This document shows, one piece after another, positions 1-10,547 of a DNA stretch of 64,000 nucleotides. Numbering within the stretch: position 1 is the stretch's first letter; every line of letters starts with the position of its first letter. Source of the stretch: an uncultured Acidobacteriota bacterium. GTDB lineage: Bacteria > Acidobacteriota > UBA6911. The notes below the pieces were generated by a model. The model was not told where the DNA came from and made no database searches. It worked only from the letters and a program-made list of their open reading frames with translations. A program made the position numbers and the translations under genes. The stretch lies in the NCBI GenBank assembly GCA_963809485.1, contig CAWEJX010000007.1:32001-96000 (forward strand), given 5' to 3'.

Positions 1-270
1 ACCGACCAGACATAGATAAACCAGTTTGCACCAACCAGCAGGGCGGCAATGAAATAAATTCGCTGCACTTTGCGGTCGGATGCCAGTGCGCGCAATGCCG
101 ACAGGTTGCGGCAGGCAAAGAGGATGACAGCGAGCAGGATGAACGACCAGGCGATGCGATGCCCCAGCAGTTGTATTGCAGGCACGTGCCTGAAGCCACT
201 TCCAGTAGATCGGGAACAAGCCCCAGATTAAATAGGCGCCCGCGGCGTAAAATAAACCTTTCCTGTCCAT
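1..270 (-). CDS. rarD: EamA-family transporter RarD, 5' part (runs off window; +1 frameshift near 189-190)
   Basis: Manual translation MDRKGLFYAAGAYLIWGLFPIYWKWLQ; removing one base continues HVPAIQLLGHRIAWSF...NWFIYVWS, typical RarD motifs. Confidence 0.8.
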   Translation of the reverse strand, partial: MDRKGLFYAAGAYLIWGLFPIYWKWLQARACNTTAGASHRLVVHPARCHPLCLPQPVGIARTGIRPQSAANLFHCRPAGWCKLVYLCLVG

Positions 271-408
271 AATAGTGGCCGGGATTCATTTCAATCTGCG
301 GACGTGTCCATTCCGCAAACGCGTTCCATCCCCGGCGTTCGCCTTTCCTGCCTTTCCGAACTCCGCCAAGGATTGGACGGAACAGGAATTCAAAAATCCG
401 GATGAAAC

Positions 409-647
409 CTATTGCCCATACCGCTTTTTATAAAACTCGATCTGCTGCTCGATTTGCTCCCGCGTCAGCCCATCGATTCATTTGTGATGGTCGGACTTCA
501 TCAGGTCCGATGTAATTCCGGGCATTGGACGCATTGGCTGCCTTCCCTGGAAATTGCAGGCTTCGAGCCCGATTCCAGTGCTTGCCCGCATAAAAGTGGA
601 ACAGACAGGAACAAAACGCAAAAGGCCGGGAAAGGAATTCTTTTCAT
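409..647 (-). pseudogene. Internally deleted remnant of a secreted, probably multiheme cytochrome c (HAO-like) gene
   Basis: GAGGGG RBS, signal-peptide-like MKRIPFPAFCVLFLSVPLLCGQA, then SREGSQCVQC; another frame gives the tail DLMKSDHHK*IDGLTREQIEQQIEFYKKRYGQ-stop; family recalled from motif only. Confidence 0.4.
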
Positions 648-711
648 CAGCAAGCCCCTCAATTATTCCGGCCATTTCTAACGCATTCAATCTTTCGGCA
701 CAAGGGAATAT

Positions 712-787
712 AAAAAAACAGCCGCGCATTCCACGAATTTCGCTGCATCCCTCACGGGATCAGCGAAATTCGTGGAATGCGCGGCTG
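712..787 (-). terminator. Long-stem intrinsic terminator of the TonB receptor gene
   Basis: 27-bp perfect inverted repeat CAGCCGCGCATTCCACGAATTTCGCTG plus inner ATCCC/GGGAT stem, followed by a T7 tract on the minus strand. Confidence 0.75.
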
Positions 788-821
788 CCTTTAAAACCCT
801 TCTAAAACAAATCCGATCGCT

Positions 822-3800
822 TTAGAAGTTCACGCGCGCGGTTATCTGGAAGGTGCGGGTGCCGACCTTGTTATCCAGATAGCCGAATGGGTTGGCATTG
901 TTGATATCCACAATCGGGGGCTGAGCGACGATGATGCGCATGCCCGAACCGAACGACTGGTATGATGGTACCGGATGGTTGAAAAGGTTGTTCGCATCCA
1001 AACGGATCTGGAAATTGGTGCTCTCCGTGATCCGGACTCCCTTGGACATCGCCATGTCCAGGGTCCATTCTCCGGGCCCATCCATCCTGTTCCGGCCGAA
1101 ATTGCCCTGTGTGCCGGGCTTGGGATTTTGGAAAATGACCTGACCAGTGTCATCGGCGATCGCCTGGAGCGTACAGATCGATTGCAGATCCGCGGAGATA
1201 GAAGAGCACTGCGGATCCTTAATGGTGTGGTATTTATTGGCGAAATAGTTGCCCGCCGCGGCGCCATGCGGCCAATATACACCCACGGAGTCAAAGTCGA
1301 ATTGCCCGACCATGTCCGGAACCCCATTGGCATAAAGCATACTCTGCGCTGTCACGCTAAGGGGTGTCCCAGTCCTGAGGTTGAGAATCCAGCTTCCCTC
1401 CCAATTCTCGATAAGTTTCGCCAGAACTCCGGTACTGCTGCTTCCGAACTTCTGACCCGGACCAAAGGGCAATTGGAAAGTGCCATAGGTGACAAACACA
1501 TGGCTGCGGTTGCCCGCCAGTACCGTATAGTCGCCGCGCCTGTTCAAAGGATCCGTTTCAGTTCCCGCATAGCCCAGGTTTTTCGACCATGTGTATGTTC
1601 CCGTTAAGCTTATGCCGTGAGTCGGGCGCAGGGTAACCTGAGCCTGTAACGAATGGTAATTTGCACTGTCGGAGTTGGACCGATAGTTTGCGTTGTTGAA
1701 CTGCGGATTGGTCTTGATGTAATTCTCCGGGTAATTCCCGCTGCCTCTCAACCAATCGCCGGGAGTAGCGCCCAGGTAATTGATCGAGTTGGCAAGGCTG
1801 GCATAGTTTCCGTTTGCGAGAAGATTCCGGACAAAACTATAGACCCCGATCTGATAGGCCATGTCCCAGGAGTTTCGCAGGAATGAGGCCCCGCTCTGAG
1901 CGCCCCGCACCGAGGACAACATGTCGTCCAGCAGCGCGGATTCGCCGCCGGCGCGCGCCGAATCGAATGCCTGGCGCAGCCCATTAGTCGTGAAATTGGG
2001 AGGATTGATGTTTGTGGTTCCCAACATCTTGCGGCTTAGGGTTCCGATGTACTTGAAGTCTACCGCCAGGTTTGAAGTGATGTTGCGCGAAATAGCCAGA
2101 GTCAGGTTCTGGATGTACGGCGTTTTATAGTTCGGGTCAAAGGCGGAAATATTCATGGCCCGGTCTGTGAGTGGAATCGGTGTCATCGGCGCGATACCCG
2201 CAGGGATCGGCACCGGACTGACCAGCGATGCCAAGTTCAGGTACGGTTTCGTCACCGGATCGCCGGAATAGCTCGCCATATAGGTGCTGCCCGGCGGTGT
2301 GCCGAGCGTATCCGCTATATTCGAAACACGGGCAGCCGGCATATAGCTGATCTGATAGCCTCCGCGAACAGTCGTTTGGCCCTTGCCAAGCCAGGGAAGC
2401 TGCCAGGCAAAGCCTATCGCGGGACCGAAATTATTCATGTCCTTCTCATAAACGCTCATGTCGGAATTGGGTGAGTTTGGCCCGACAAAGATCGACCGGG
2501 TCAAATCGGAGCGATCGCCGGGCTGCCAGAAAGCTTCCTCCCAGCTTCGTCCCGAGATTCCAAAAAGCGCAGCGCCTCCGCCTTCGAGACCGGCCGTCAT
2601 TCCTGATTTGATAAAGGGGACTCCATAGTAATCCCAACGGAGCCCGAGGTTGAGCGTAAGATCGGGGTGGATTTTCCAATCATCTTTGAAGAAGAAAGCC
2701 CACTCGTTCTGATGGAAGTCGCGAATAGGATAATCCTCTTCCAGGTAGTTGCTCCAATCGGTCTGGGTAGGCGAGTTCAGGTAATAATACTGCCTCATGC
2801 TCGCAATGGACCCGGACAGGAAATTCAGGAGACTCCCCATGTTTTGCTGGTTCCCCGCGTAAATGCCTGCAAGTCCCGGGATCAGGAATGGCGTGATTCC
2901 ATTCGGAGAGTATGGCGAAGCCCCGCCCGCCGCGAATGGCGTAGGAACAAGGCTCTGCCACGACGCGTTCATCACCCAGCCGACGGCTCCGTAAGAACCG
3001 GAGGAGCGGTACTCACCGCCGAACTTGAATGAATGCTCGCCCTTTGTCCAGGTGAGCGTGTCGCCGAATGTCCACCTCGAGCTTGTGTCGAAGCCGTCAT
3101 AGGAGAGCATGCCCCGGCCGCCGAAGGGGTTGCTTGGCGTACCGGCCGCCGCGTTGGGCGGACAATAGGGGAAACAGTCCGGGCTGAAATTGACGTTGGT
3201 GTCTCCCGGACCGACGATCATCGGCTGGCCGTTGACCTTGGGCAGGAGCGCGATCATCTTGTCCTTGACATCGGGATTCTTCAACGGCGAGAGGATGTTG
3301 TTCCCATTCCTCATCATTCCGGCACGGGCTTCATTGAGCAGCGTCGGCCTGAATGTGGATACCAGATTGACCGTGAAGACCTGTGGCCGGCGTTCGACCT
3401 TGCCTCCATAGGAGTTTTCAGGCCAGTTGGCAAACGTGTCGTCCGCCCAGTTGTTTTCATAGCTCCACGATCCGTTGACCCTGTGGTTCTGATTGAAATT
3501 GTGATCGATGCGGACGTTGATCTGCTTGCGCTGGGTGTCCTCGCCGACTCCGTAGAGGTTGTCGGCTCCTCTTATTGTCTGATTCCAGCGGGATCCCGCC
3601 GTATTCAAACCATCTCCAACCTCGTAGTTGTTCACCTTGGGCATAATGTTTATGAAATTGGAGATGTATCCGGTCGGATCCATGCCGTTCCGGTAGGCAT
3701 CCCAGGGTGCGCCTTGCACCACGGCGTCCGAGCAGTCCGGCTGGGTGGGTGTGTTCATAAGGGGCCCAAACACACTGGCATAGCGAAGAATGCCATTGTG

Positions 3801-4943
3801 AGGCCCGCTGTTCGGATCGCTGGGATTGAGATACGGTATGTATTGGGCTGTCGGCGTTCCGTCGGCATTGACGACTCTGACCGTCGGATTGCTGCCACCG
3901 GTCGTAGCTTGGAAGACGTTCCCGTTGCTCCAGTTGTCGTAATACCTGAAGATCCCTCTCTGCGCGCAGGGCGTTAGCGAAAGCGATTGCCTTGCATAAC
4001 GCTGGCGAGCAAACTGCTGATCCCAGAGCGCGAAGAAAAACGTCTTGTTTTTGACAATGGGTCCGCCGATGCTAAGGGTGTATTCCTGCAGGTTCCTCCA
4101 CGGGGCATTGATGCCGCTGCGATTGTTCGACCATGTATTTGGATCCAGGAATGAGTTTTGCCCGTTGTAGGCTATCGCTCCGTGGTACTCGTTCGATCCG
4201 GCTTTTGTTTGAACCTGAACCTGACCGTTGCCTCGTCCCGCTTCGGCGTCAACCGGCGCGAGAACCATGCGAACCTCGCCAACCAGGTCGGGATTAAGCC
4301 TCGTGGCGGAATTGATGCCGGTTGGCCAGCGGACATCGCTCATCGGGATGCCGTCCCTTTGAACGTTAACCATCGCAGGGCTGACTCCGGCGAAGGTTGT
4401 GCCTCCGCCTCCCAATCCCATGCCTTCTCCAAATATGGCGTCGTTGGTCTGAATGACTCCGCCCATCACCTTTGACAGGTCGAGCACGTTCTGGCTTGTC
4501 AGGGGCAGCTGTCGTACTTCGTTTTCAGGAAGAACGTCGCCAACCGATGAGCTGGATTCCAGCAGCAGCCGGTCTCCTGCAACACTGACTTCAACCGTTT
4601 CCTGTATTTGCCCTACGTCCAGTTTGAAGTTAAGTCTTAACTGGGCAGCGTTACCCAACTGGACATCCGTGAATGTCCGAGTCTGAAAGCCTTTCATCTC
4701 GGCACTGACCTTGTAAACTCCCGGCAGGAGGCTGGAAAAATTATAGACTCCCGCGCTGTTCGAAACAGCGTTCACGACAACGCCCGTCGCAGTGTTTGCG
4801 GCTGTTACCGTCACTCCGGGCAAAACACCTCCCGAAGGATCCGTAACAGTCCCACTAATGCTGGCATTGCTCGACTGGCCGAACGCCTGGGTGGCTGTCA
4901 CAAGCAAAAAGAGCGAAAGCAACGCTCCAAGAAAACGTTTCAT
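822..4943 (-). CDS. TonB-dependent receptor-like outer-membrane protein with N-terminal carboxypeptidase-regulatory domain (Oar-like)
   Basis: Signal peptide MKRFLG..AFG, ISGTVTDPSGGVLPGVTV, FFKDDWKIHPDLTLNLGLRWDY, NNFGPAIGFAW, C-terminal RVNF; GGAGG RBS. Confidence 0.9.
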   Translation of the reverse strand: MKRFLGALLSLFLLVTATQAFGQSSNASISGTVTDPSGGVLPGVTVTAANTATGVVVNAVSNSAGVYNFSSLLPGVYKVSAEMKGFQTRTFTDVQLGNAAQLRLNFKLDVGQIQETVEVSVAGDRLLLESSSSVGDVLPENEVRQLPLTSQNVLDLSKVMGGVIQTNDAIFGEGMGLGGGGTTFAGVSPAMVNVQRDGIPMSDVRWPTGINSATRLNPDLVGEVRMVLAPVDAEAGRGNGQVQVQTKAGSNEYHGAIAYNGQNSFLDPNTWSNNRSGINAPWRNLQEYTLSIGGPIVKNKTFFFALWDQQFARQRYARQSLSLTPCAQRGIFRYYDNWSNGNVFQATTGGSNPTVRVVNADGTPTAQYIPYLNPSDPNSGPHNGILRYASVFGPLMNTPTQPDCSDAVVQGAPWDAYRNGMDPTGYISNFINIMPKVNNYEVGDGLNTAGSRWNQTIRGADNLYGVGEDTQRKQINVRIDHNFNQNHRVNGSWSYENNWADDTFANWPENSYGGKVERRPQVFTVNLVSTFRPTLLNEARAGMMRNGNNILSPLKNPDVKDKMIALLPKVNGQPMIVGPGDTNVNFSPDCFPYCPPNAAAGTPSNPFGGRGMLSYDGFDTSSRWTFGDTLTWTKGEHSFKFGGEYRSSGSYGAVGWVMNASWQSLVPTPFAAGGASPYSPNGITPFLIPGLAGIYAGNQQNMGSLLNFLSGSIASMRQYYYLNSPTQTDWSNYLEEDYPIRDFHQNEWAFFFKDDWKIHPDLTLNLGLRWDYYGVPFIKSGMTAGLEGGGAALFGISGRSWEEAFWQPGDRSDLTRSIFVGPNSPNSDMSVYEKDMNNFGPAIGFAWQLPWLGKGQTTVRGGYQISYMPAARVSNIADTLGTPPGSTYMASYSGDPVTKPYLNLASLVSPVPIPAGIAPMTPIPLTDRAMNISAFDPNYKTPYIQNLTLAISRNITSNLAVDFKYIGTLSRKMLGTTNINPPNFTTNGLRQAFDSARAGGESALLDDMLSSVRGAQSGASFLRNSWDMAYQIGVYSFVRNLLANGNYASLANSINYLGATPGDWLRGSGNYPENYIKTNPQFNNANYRSNSDSANYHSLQAQVTLRPTHGISLTGTYTWSKNLGYAGTETDPLNRRGDYTVLAGNRSHVFVTYGTFQLPFGPGQKFGSSSTGVLAKLIENWEGSWILNLRTGTPLSVTAQSMLYANGVPDMVGQFDFDSVGVYWPHGAAAGNYFANKYHTIKDPQCSSISADLQSICTLQAIADDTGQVIFQNPKPGTQGNFGRNRMDGPGEWTLDMAMSKGVRITESTNFQIRLDANNLFNHPVPSYQSFGSGMRIIVAQPPIVDINNANPFGYLDNKVGTRTFQITARVNF

Positions 4944-5551
4944 CGCTAAATCCCTCCACTTGTGAACAACACGTATCCATGTCTGCTTAGACACAGAGGC
5001 TAACCTGTATTCAGATCCGTCTCACGGGCATTGGAACCGACCGCGTCGTGGGGAATTGCGGAATTATAGAACCGGATTTTGCGGTGTTTAACCCGTACTC
5101 TGCCACGAATCTGAAAAGGCAGATAATCCAATTCGTACGAGCTGCGCGGCCAGGAAAGCGCGGCAAATACAATGGTTTAAAGACAACCCTTCTAGGCAAA
5201 TCGATCGAAAACCGCGGCGGAACCGCCGGTTTATCACAGTCTCTCTTCGGCAGAGTTCCGTTCGAGCTTTCGATTAAATAGTTTACGCGCTAGAAATATC
5301 CTTACCCTGTCGCAAAAACAAGCATATTCGCTTAACATTTTGGTGAATTTCTAACATTTTAGTTGATTCTGCCATCCTTGTGCAGCATTTCGGAGGAAAT
5401 TGTATTTATTACGGCGTTTGGGTTGAGAATTTCAGCGAGCAGCATTCGGTTCGTGCGGGGCAATATTGATCGTTTTTAATGCTGAAATGCTCCCACTCAG
5501 GCCCTCAAGAAACCAGTGTGAGGCCGCTCTGTTGTCGGCGTAAATCCAGCC

Positions 5552-6049
5552 TTACCACCAGATCGGGTGGTTCTTCCAGCCTTCCATCGACCGGCCCGGA
5601 CCCTCGAACCAGTACTCTTTGCCGTCCATGACCTTATGGAACCGCGGGCCGAGGTGAATCGCCTGGAATACAAGTGGTTTGTTTACCACCCTGAAATTCA
5701 GCGGCGTGTGCAGGAATCCCTTGGGTATGAAAACAAAGGTGGGCTTGGTGATGAGGTGCTTCTCCCTCTCCGGACCCAGCCAGAGGTCGATTTCGGCATC
5801 GAAACTGCTGAAAACATCCGGGAACTGAGCGCCCAGGAAGGCGAAATATTCGTCGCAATCGTGATAGTGCGGCGCTCTTTCCATGAATGTGGGCTTGGCG
5901 ATCACTTGCCAACCCATGTTGATGTTGGCTCCGGGAATCTGGTGTGCGCCTCTGAAGTATGCCGAAGGACTGGCGAGGTAGTCGATCGCCAGATGCATTT
6001 CGTCTTTTATTCCGGTAAACAGCAGATGTGAGTATTTCAGTTCCGCCAC
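5552..6049 (-). CDS. Cupin-like hypothetical protein
   Basis: PHYHDCDEY and VFIPKGFLHTP motifs; GGAGG RBS before a GTG start. Confidence 0.7.
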   Translation of the reverse strand: MAELKYSHLLFTGIKDEMHLAIDYLASPSAYFRGAHQIPGANINMGWQVIAKPTFMERAPHYHDCDEYFAFLGAQFPDVFSSFDAEIDLWLGPEREKHLITKPTFVFIPKGFLHTPLNFRVVNKPLVFQAIHLGPRFHKVMDGKEYWFEGPGRSMEGWKNHPIWW

Positions 6050-6280
6050 TGTGCCCTCCTTTGTATGTATGATGAGACCAATGTCTACAAACTATACTCG
6101 GTCCCGGTCAAAAACAAGCCGGCTTTTGGGGATTGAAGGAATTGCTGCCTTCCGGCAAGGCCCGGCGGATGTGCTATTCCGGCTATGGTGTTTATTGGGA
6201 TTCGTTCGGCTGAGGCGCCCGTCGAAATCCGAAAAGCTGTCAGGTTCCCGGGCTATGGTACGGCAGGGGGGATGCGCGCT

Positions 6281-9232
6281 TTACCTTGTCAAAGATTTAA
6301 GCTCGTTCCATTTTTGCCGGAAATTCTCGGCACTCTGGGCATCGGGAAACTTGAAGCTTTGGAACTGCCGGCTGTCCGAAGCGTATAGCAGATCCAAGGA
6401 TTTTCCTTCGCTGCGGGCTTTGAGCTGGCTGAAAGGAACCCGGAATCCATGCGATCCCGAGGATGGTTTGAACGACACGTCTGAATAGCTGATGGACAGC
6501 ACTCCGCGGCAGTTGCCCCTCAGGATGCCGTGAGGGTGATCCACGGCATAGCGGTAGACAGCCTCCATGGCATTTCTCAGACTCAGCAGTTCCCTGTCCG
6601 CTTCGGCCATCGGGCGCATGTTTTTTTTGGCCAAGTCGTATACCAGCGACACCCCCTGGTTCTCAAAAAATTCCTGGTTCCTGGAAACCACGATGTTGCC
6701 GTCGGACTCGATGGCGATGGTATGGCTGCCAATTGCGATACTCTCGCTGCCTATTTCCCCGTCGTTGCCAACCGGCTTTCCATCCAGAAGAAGTGTCCCT
6801 CTGCCTCCGAGTCGGTACACTGTCAGCGTGGCCCTGGCCGTCGCTCTCCGCGCTTCGACCTGCCTGCGCAGTTCGGCGATACCCGGATCTGCGGGATTGA
6901 TCCGCTCCACAGCGGCAAGGGCGCCCAAGGCGTCCTGATAGCGGCTTTCCGCCATCGCCGTCGAATATGCCCTCAAGCCGCGTTGTATTTCCTGGACCCG
7001 CCCATTGAAATCCCGCGCGCGGAAGCTGCCGGGATCTTCTGCCATCCAGCCGCTCAGCGCACTGCCGGCTTCATTGTACTTCCCAAGGGCAAAGAGCTCG
7101 GTTACTTTTTGGTTCCATTCCTCTTCCCGCTTCTGAATGGCCTTTTGCTGTTCCTCTTCCTGTCGTGCCCGTTCCTGCATTTCACTGGCGTTTTTGGATT
7201 GCCAGCGCCTGCGCAGCGCGATCACTTCGCGCGAATTCGGATATGCCCGCTGCAGCTTATCAAGTTCCGCTTTTGCGGGAGGCAGCTTGCCGGTGCTGAT
7301 GAGAGAGGAAATCCGGGCAATCTGTTTTTGCAGCGCCGGATCGGCGGCATTCTCCCGATTCGCCCCCTGGGATTCCTCGATCTCTTTCAAAGCAGCACCG
7401 GCAGCTTCGTTGCCGGGATCAATCTCCAGGATCCTCCGAAGAAGGACCTTGCTCTCCTCGAGGCGGTTCATGGACGCCAATGTGCGAGCCTCACTCATCA
7501 ATATAGATACCGCGTTTCGATCTGAGGACTGCTGTGTTGCGTCCGACGCCGGTCCGGCTCCTGCCGATTGAAGCGCCGCCTGCTGGGCCCCCGTCGAATC
7601 CGCCGATGTCCGGGCGTTCTGTATGCGCCCCGAAAAAACCTTTTGCAGAGACGCAGCCGCGCCGTTTCTGAGAGCGACATATATCGTCAATGCAATTAAT
7701 ATGATAAACAGCAGCGCTATGGCCGAACGATAGATTAGCCGTGGAAGGCTTCCGTCCTTCCACGAAAACAGGGGTTCCGGAGCGTTGTCCTCATCCGGCG
7801 CGTCCACCGGATTCTGCAAACCCTCCTCCGGCGACACCGGGTCAGCTTCGCGTAGCTCCGCGGAGGCCTTGTTCACCTCTTCCCTCAAAATTGCGGGAAT
7901 GTCTGCAGGCCGGCTGGGTTCGGGGGCTGCACCGGGTATGCTTCCCGGAGGAAGGGCAGCGTCTTCGGGCGTTTCGTTTCCACTCTGTTGAACTTGCGCC
8001 GTTTCGGGCGGTTCAGCAGCCGTCGCCGGAACGGCAAAAACCGGCATGCCCTCGTTGGGCGGTTCCTGCTCCTCCCCATCACACGGCAGCCCGGGTGGAG
8101 GCGGATTTTCCATGGGAGGCGCAACAGGATCCTCAGCCTTCGCGGAAAACCGGATATGTTCCGGCACCAGCGCCTGAGGAGCAACGGCAGCTTCCTGAAT
8201 TGCGGGGTACTGCCCGATCAGGTCCGTCATCAAGCGGTCCAGAGAGGCATAGTCGGGAGATTCCTGCCCGTTCAACAGCCTGGTTGCGTCCCGCAGAAGC
8301 TTGACGGTGCTTTCGGAAGCGTTCGTTTGTGCCGCCGCTTTTTTCAAAGGAGCCAGGGAGGCGTGAAGTTCGGCAAGCATGAGCCGTGTGTCCTCGGCAA
8401 GATCTTTTACAAGATCTCTGCAAGCCATGGAAACTTCGTCCATGTCCCTATAGCGGTCCTTGGGATCCCTTTCCAGGCATTTTTTCAATATCGGCCAAAT
8501 GCCCGGGGGCTCATCGGGGAACTGTTCGAAGGTAGGGATCTCCGTATCCTGCAGAATGTTGTCCAGGGCCTTATTGCTGTTGGGATCGTGAAACGGGTGA
8601 AGGTATGTGATCAGCTCGTAGAAGATGGTGCCCGCAGAGAAGATCTCGGACCGCTCATCGCACCCCTTGTTTTGTATCTGCTCCGGAGACAGGTAGATGG
8701 GCACGCCGTAGCGGACGCCGGGATGAGGGAGGTGTTTCGCCAGGGCATCGGCCACGGCAAAATCCCTAATTTTCACACCGCCGTCGGCAGTCAGGTGAAT
8801 TTTGGCCGGAGTCAGGTTGCGGTGCAGAACTCCGTTCTTATGCGCGTGGCATAACCCTTCTGCCACCTGGATCATTATCGAAAGCTTCGCCTCCACAGAC
8901 ATGGCGGGCTTTCGCGTGATCAGGCTCTGAAGGCTGTTGCTGCCGAGAGACTCCATCACAATGTACGGAGCGTGCTCCTCTTTGCCGAATTCGTATACGG
9001 CAGCAATGTTCACATGCCGCAGGGCTGCAATAGACCGGCACTCCCGGAAGAAGATTTCCTCGGCTTTTTCGTTCCATTTGGTGCCATCCCATAGGGTTCG
9101 AACCACAACAGCCCGGCCAAGATCCGGATCCAGACCTCTGTAAACCGGACCCAGGGAACCTTCTCCCACTTTTTCCATGAGCATATATTTCCCGAAGTTA
9201 CGGGTAGGCTCGGCTAGGGCGGATATCCCCAT
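6281..9232 (-). CDS. Membrane-anchored Hanks-type Ser/Thr kinase-like protein (probable pseudokinase) with TPR-like and PEGA-like C-terminal region
   Basis: GEGSLGPVYRG loop, HVNIAAVYEFG, YIVMESL, YLSPEQI; Pro/Ala-rich linker; TM helix AIALLFIILIALTIYVAL. Confidence 0.85.
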   Translation of the reverse strand: MGISALAEPTRNFGKYMLMEKVGEGSLGPVYRGLDPDLGRAVVVRTLWDGTKWNEKAEEIFFRECRSIAALRHVNIAAVYEFGKEEHAPYIVMESLGSNSLQSLITRKPAMSVEAKLSIMIQVAEGLCHAHKNGVLHRNLTPAKIHLTADGGVKIRDFAVADALAKHLPHPGVRYGVPIYLSPEQIQNKGCDERSEIFSAGTIFYELITYLHPFHDPNSNKALDNILQDTEIPTFEQFPDEPPGIWPILKKCLERDPKDRYRDMDEVSMACRDLVKDLAEDTRLMLAELHASLAPLKKAAAQTNASESTVKLLRDATRLLNGQESPDYASLDRLMTDLIGQYPAIQEAAVAPQALVPEHIRFSAKAEDPVAPPMENPPPPGLPCDGEEQEPPNEGMPVFAVPATAAEPPETAQVQQSGNETPEDAALPPGSIPGAAPEPSRPADIPAILREEVNKASAELREADPVSPEEGLQNPVDAPDEDNAPEPLFSWKDGSLPRLIYRSAIALLFIILIALTIYVALRNGAAASLQKVFSGRIQNARTSADSTGAQQAALQSAGAGPASDATQQSSDRNAVSILMSEARTLASMNRLEESKVLLRRILEIDPGNEAAGAALKEIEESQGANRENAADPALQKQIARISSLISTGKLPPAKAELDKLQRAYPNSREVIALRRRWQSKNASEMQERARQEEEQQKAIQKREEEWNQKVTELFALGKYNEAGSALSGWMAEDPGSFRARDFNGRVQEIQRGLRAYSTAMAESRYQDALGALAAVERINPADPGIAELRRQVEARRATARATLTVYRLGGRGTLLLDGKPVGNDGEIGSESIAIGSHTIAIESDGNIVVSRNQEFFENQGVSLVYDLAKKNMRPMAEADRELLSLRNAMEAVYRYAVDHPHGILRGNCRGVLSISYSDVSFKPSSGSHGFRVPFSQLKARSEGKSLDLLYASDSRQFQSFKFPDAQSAENFRQKWNELKSLTR

Positions 9233-9368
9233 AATGTATGCACTCCTTCTTTATAGATTGCGTCTTATTAGTTTTCGGCCGGCATGAGTTAGAGATTGGT
9301 GACGGCCATCACTTCTTCGAAAACCAGTTATTGGGGGCCTTTTCCCGTTTTCATTGTGGAAAACCATC

Positions 9369-9574
9369 AGTCAGGTACCTCCGGCAAAGCCGGAGGCTTG
9401 AAAGATTTGAACCGCTCAAAGCGGTTGGAGGAGTTACGCCGGCCTTGAATGCTGACTTACGCGGGCAAAAGCCGACCTTCGCCGAAGAAATCGGCGTTTG
9501 TCAGCGTTTTAAAATACGGAGCTGTCAAACTCTTTAAGTCTCCCGGCAGAGCCGGGGGTTTGCCAATGTAATTA
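9369..9574 (-). mobile_element. Non-autonomous IS200/IS605-ended element (PATE/MITE), short copy
   Basis: AGTCAGGTACCTCCGGCAAAGCCGGAGG...AACCGCTCAAAGCGGTT...CCCGGCAGAGCCGGGGG...GTAATTA, near-identical to ends at 27847-28245 and 48061-48463; no target duplication. Confidence 0.8.
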
Positions 9575-9579
9575 AAAAC

Positions 9580-9617
9580 AAAAAACGCCGCAGATTACGC
9601 GGATCCGCGGCGTTTTT
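9580..9617. terminator. Intrinsic terminator, likely bidirectional, downstream of the SDR gene
   Basis: AAAAACGCCGC...GCGGCGTTTTT. Confidence 0.7.
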
Positions 9618-9647
9618 GGCTTTTCCTGATTGTCGATCGCTGACCGT

Positions 9648-10547
9648 CTATCCGATATTTTGGGCGGCCTTCCTGGTTTTTCTCAGTTCCTCGCGACGCG
9701 ACCGCTCAAATTCCAGTCTGGGGGCGGGAGCCTCCTCATCCGGGAGCGAATCCAGGGCTTCATCGAATATCTCGCGCAGCTCTTCCTTGAATTCCGGATG
9801 ACTGAAAATGTAGAGTGCATTGCGCCGGATACCCGCCAGCACCTTCTCGCCTGCCTCTTCGGGATCCATTCCGGCCTTGTGTATCTCGGGCAGTACATCC
9901 ATGGTTTTTTGGCTCCTTGCGGTGTTTTCCGGGGACGCGAGACGCTTCGGGCGGGTTTTTTCGCTTTCATAGATCGCACTATTAATCAGCCCCGGACAGA
10001 AAACGGAGACACCAATGTTATATCGATAGAGGCTGAACCTGAGCGCCTCGCTGAGTCCGCGCACTCCAAATTTCGAGGCCGTATAGATGCCGGCGCCCGC
10101 ACTGGGCAGAAAGGCAGCCATGGAGGCGGTGTTCACGATATGGCCGCCCTCGCCGTGTTTTCGGATGCGAGGCACGAAAGTCATGACTCCGTTGACCACT
10201 CCGCCAAAATTAACGCCCATGACCCAGTCCCAATCGTTGTAAGTGCACTCCTCGATCGGCACGAAGAGGTTGACACCGGCGTTGTTGCACACGACGTGGA
10301 CCTTGCCGAACACGCGTTCCGCCTCGTCCGCCGCCCGCGAAAAAGCCTGGCGATCGGTAACGTCAAGGCGCACGGCGTGGATATTCCGGTTGTTGCCGAA
10401 ATAGGCCATCGCTCGGTCGAGACTGTCCTGCCGGATATCGGCAATCACGACCTTCATGCCGTTCTTCAGGAATGCCTTCGCCATCCCGAAGCCCGTGCCG
10501 TTGGCGCCACCTGTCACAAATGCCAGTTTGCCTTCCACATTCTTCAT
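9648..10547 (-). CDS. SDR-family NAD(P)-dependent oxidoreductase
   Basis: TGGANGTG, NNAG, S..YTASK catalytic motif. Confidence 0.92.
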   Translation of the reverse strand: MKNVEGKLAFVTGGANGTGFGMAKAFLKNGMKVVIADIRQDSLDRAMAYFGNNRNIHAVRLDVTDRQAFSRAADEAERVFGKVHVVCNNAGVNLFVPIEECTYNDWDWVMGVNFGGVVNGVMTFVPRIRKHGEGGHIVNTASMAAFLPSAGAGIYTASKFGVRGLSEALRFSLYRYNIGVSVFCPGLINSAIYESEKTRPKRLASPENTARSQKTMDVLPEIHKAGMDPEEAGEKVLAGIRRNALYIFSHPEFKEELREIFDEALDSLPDEEAPAPRLEFERSRREELRKTRKAAQNIG

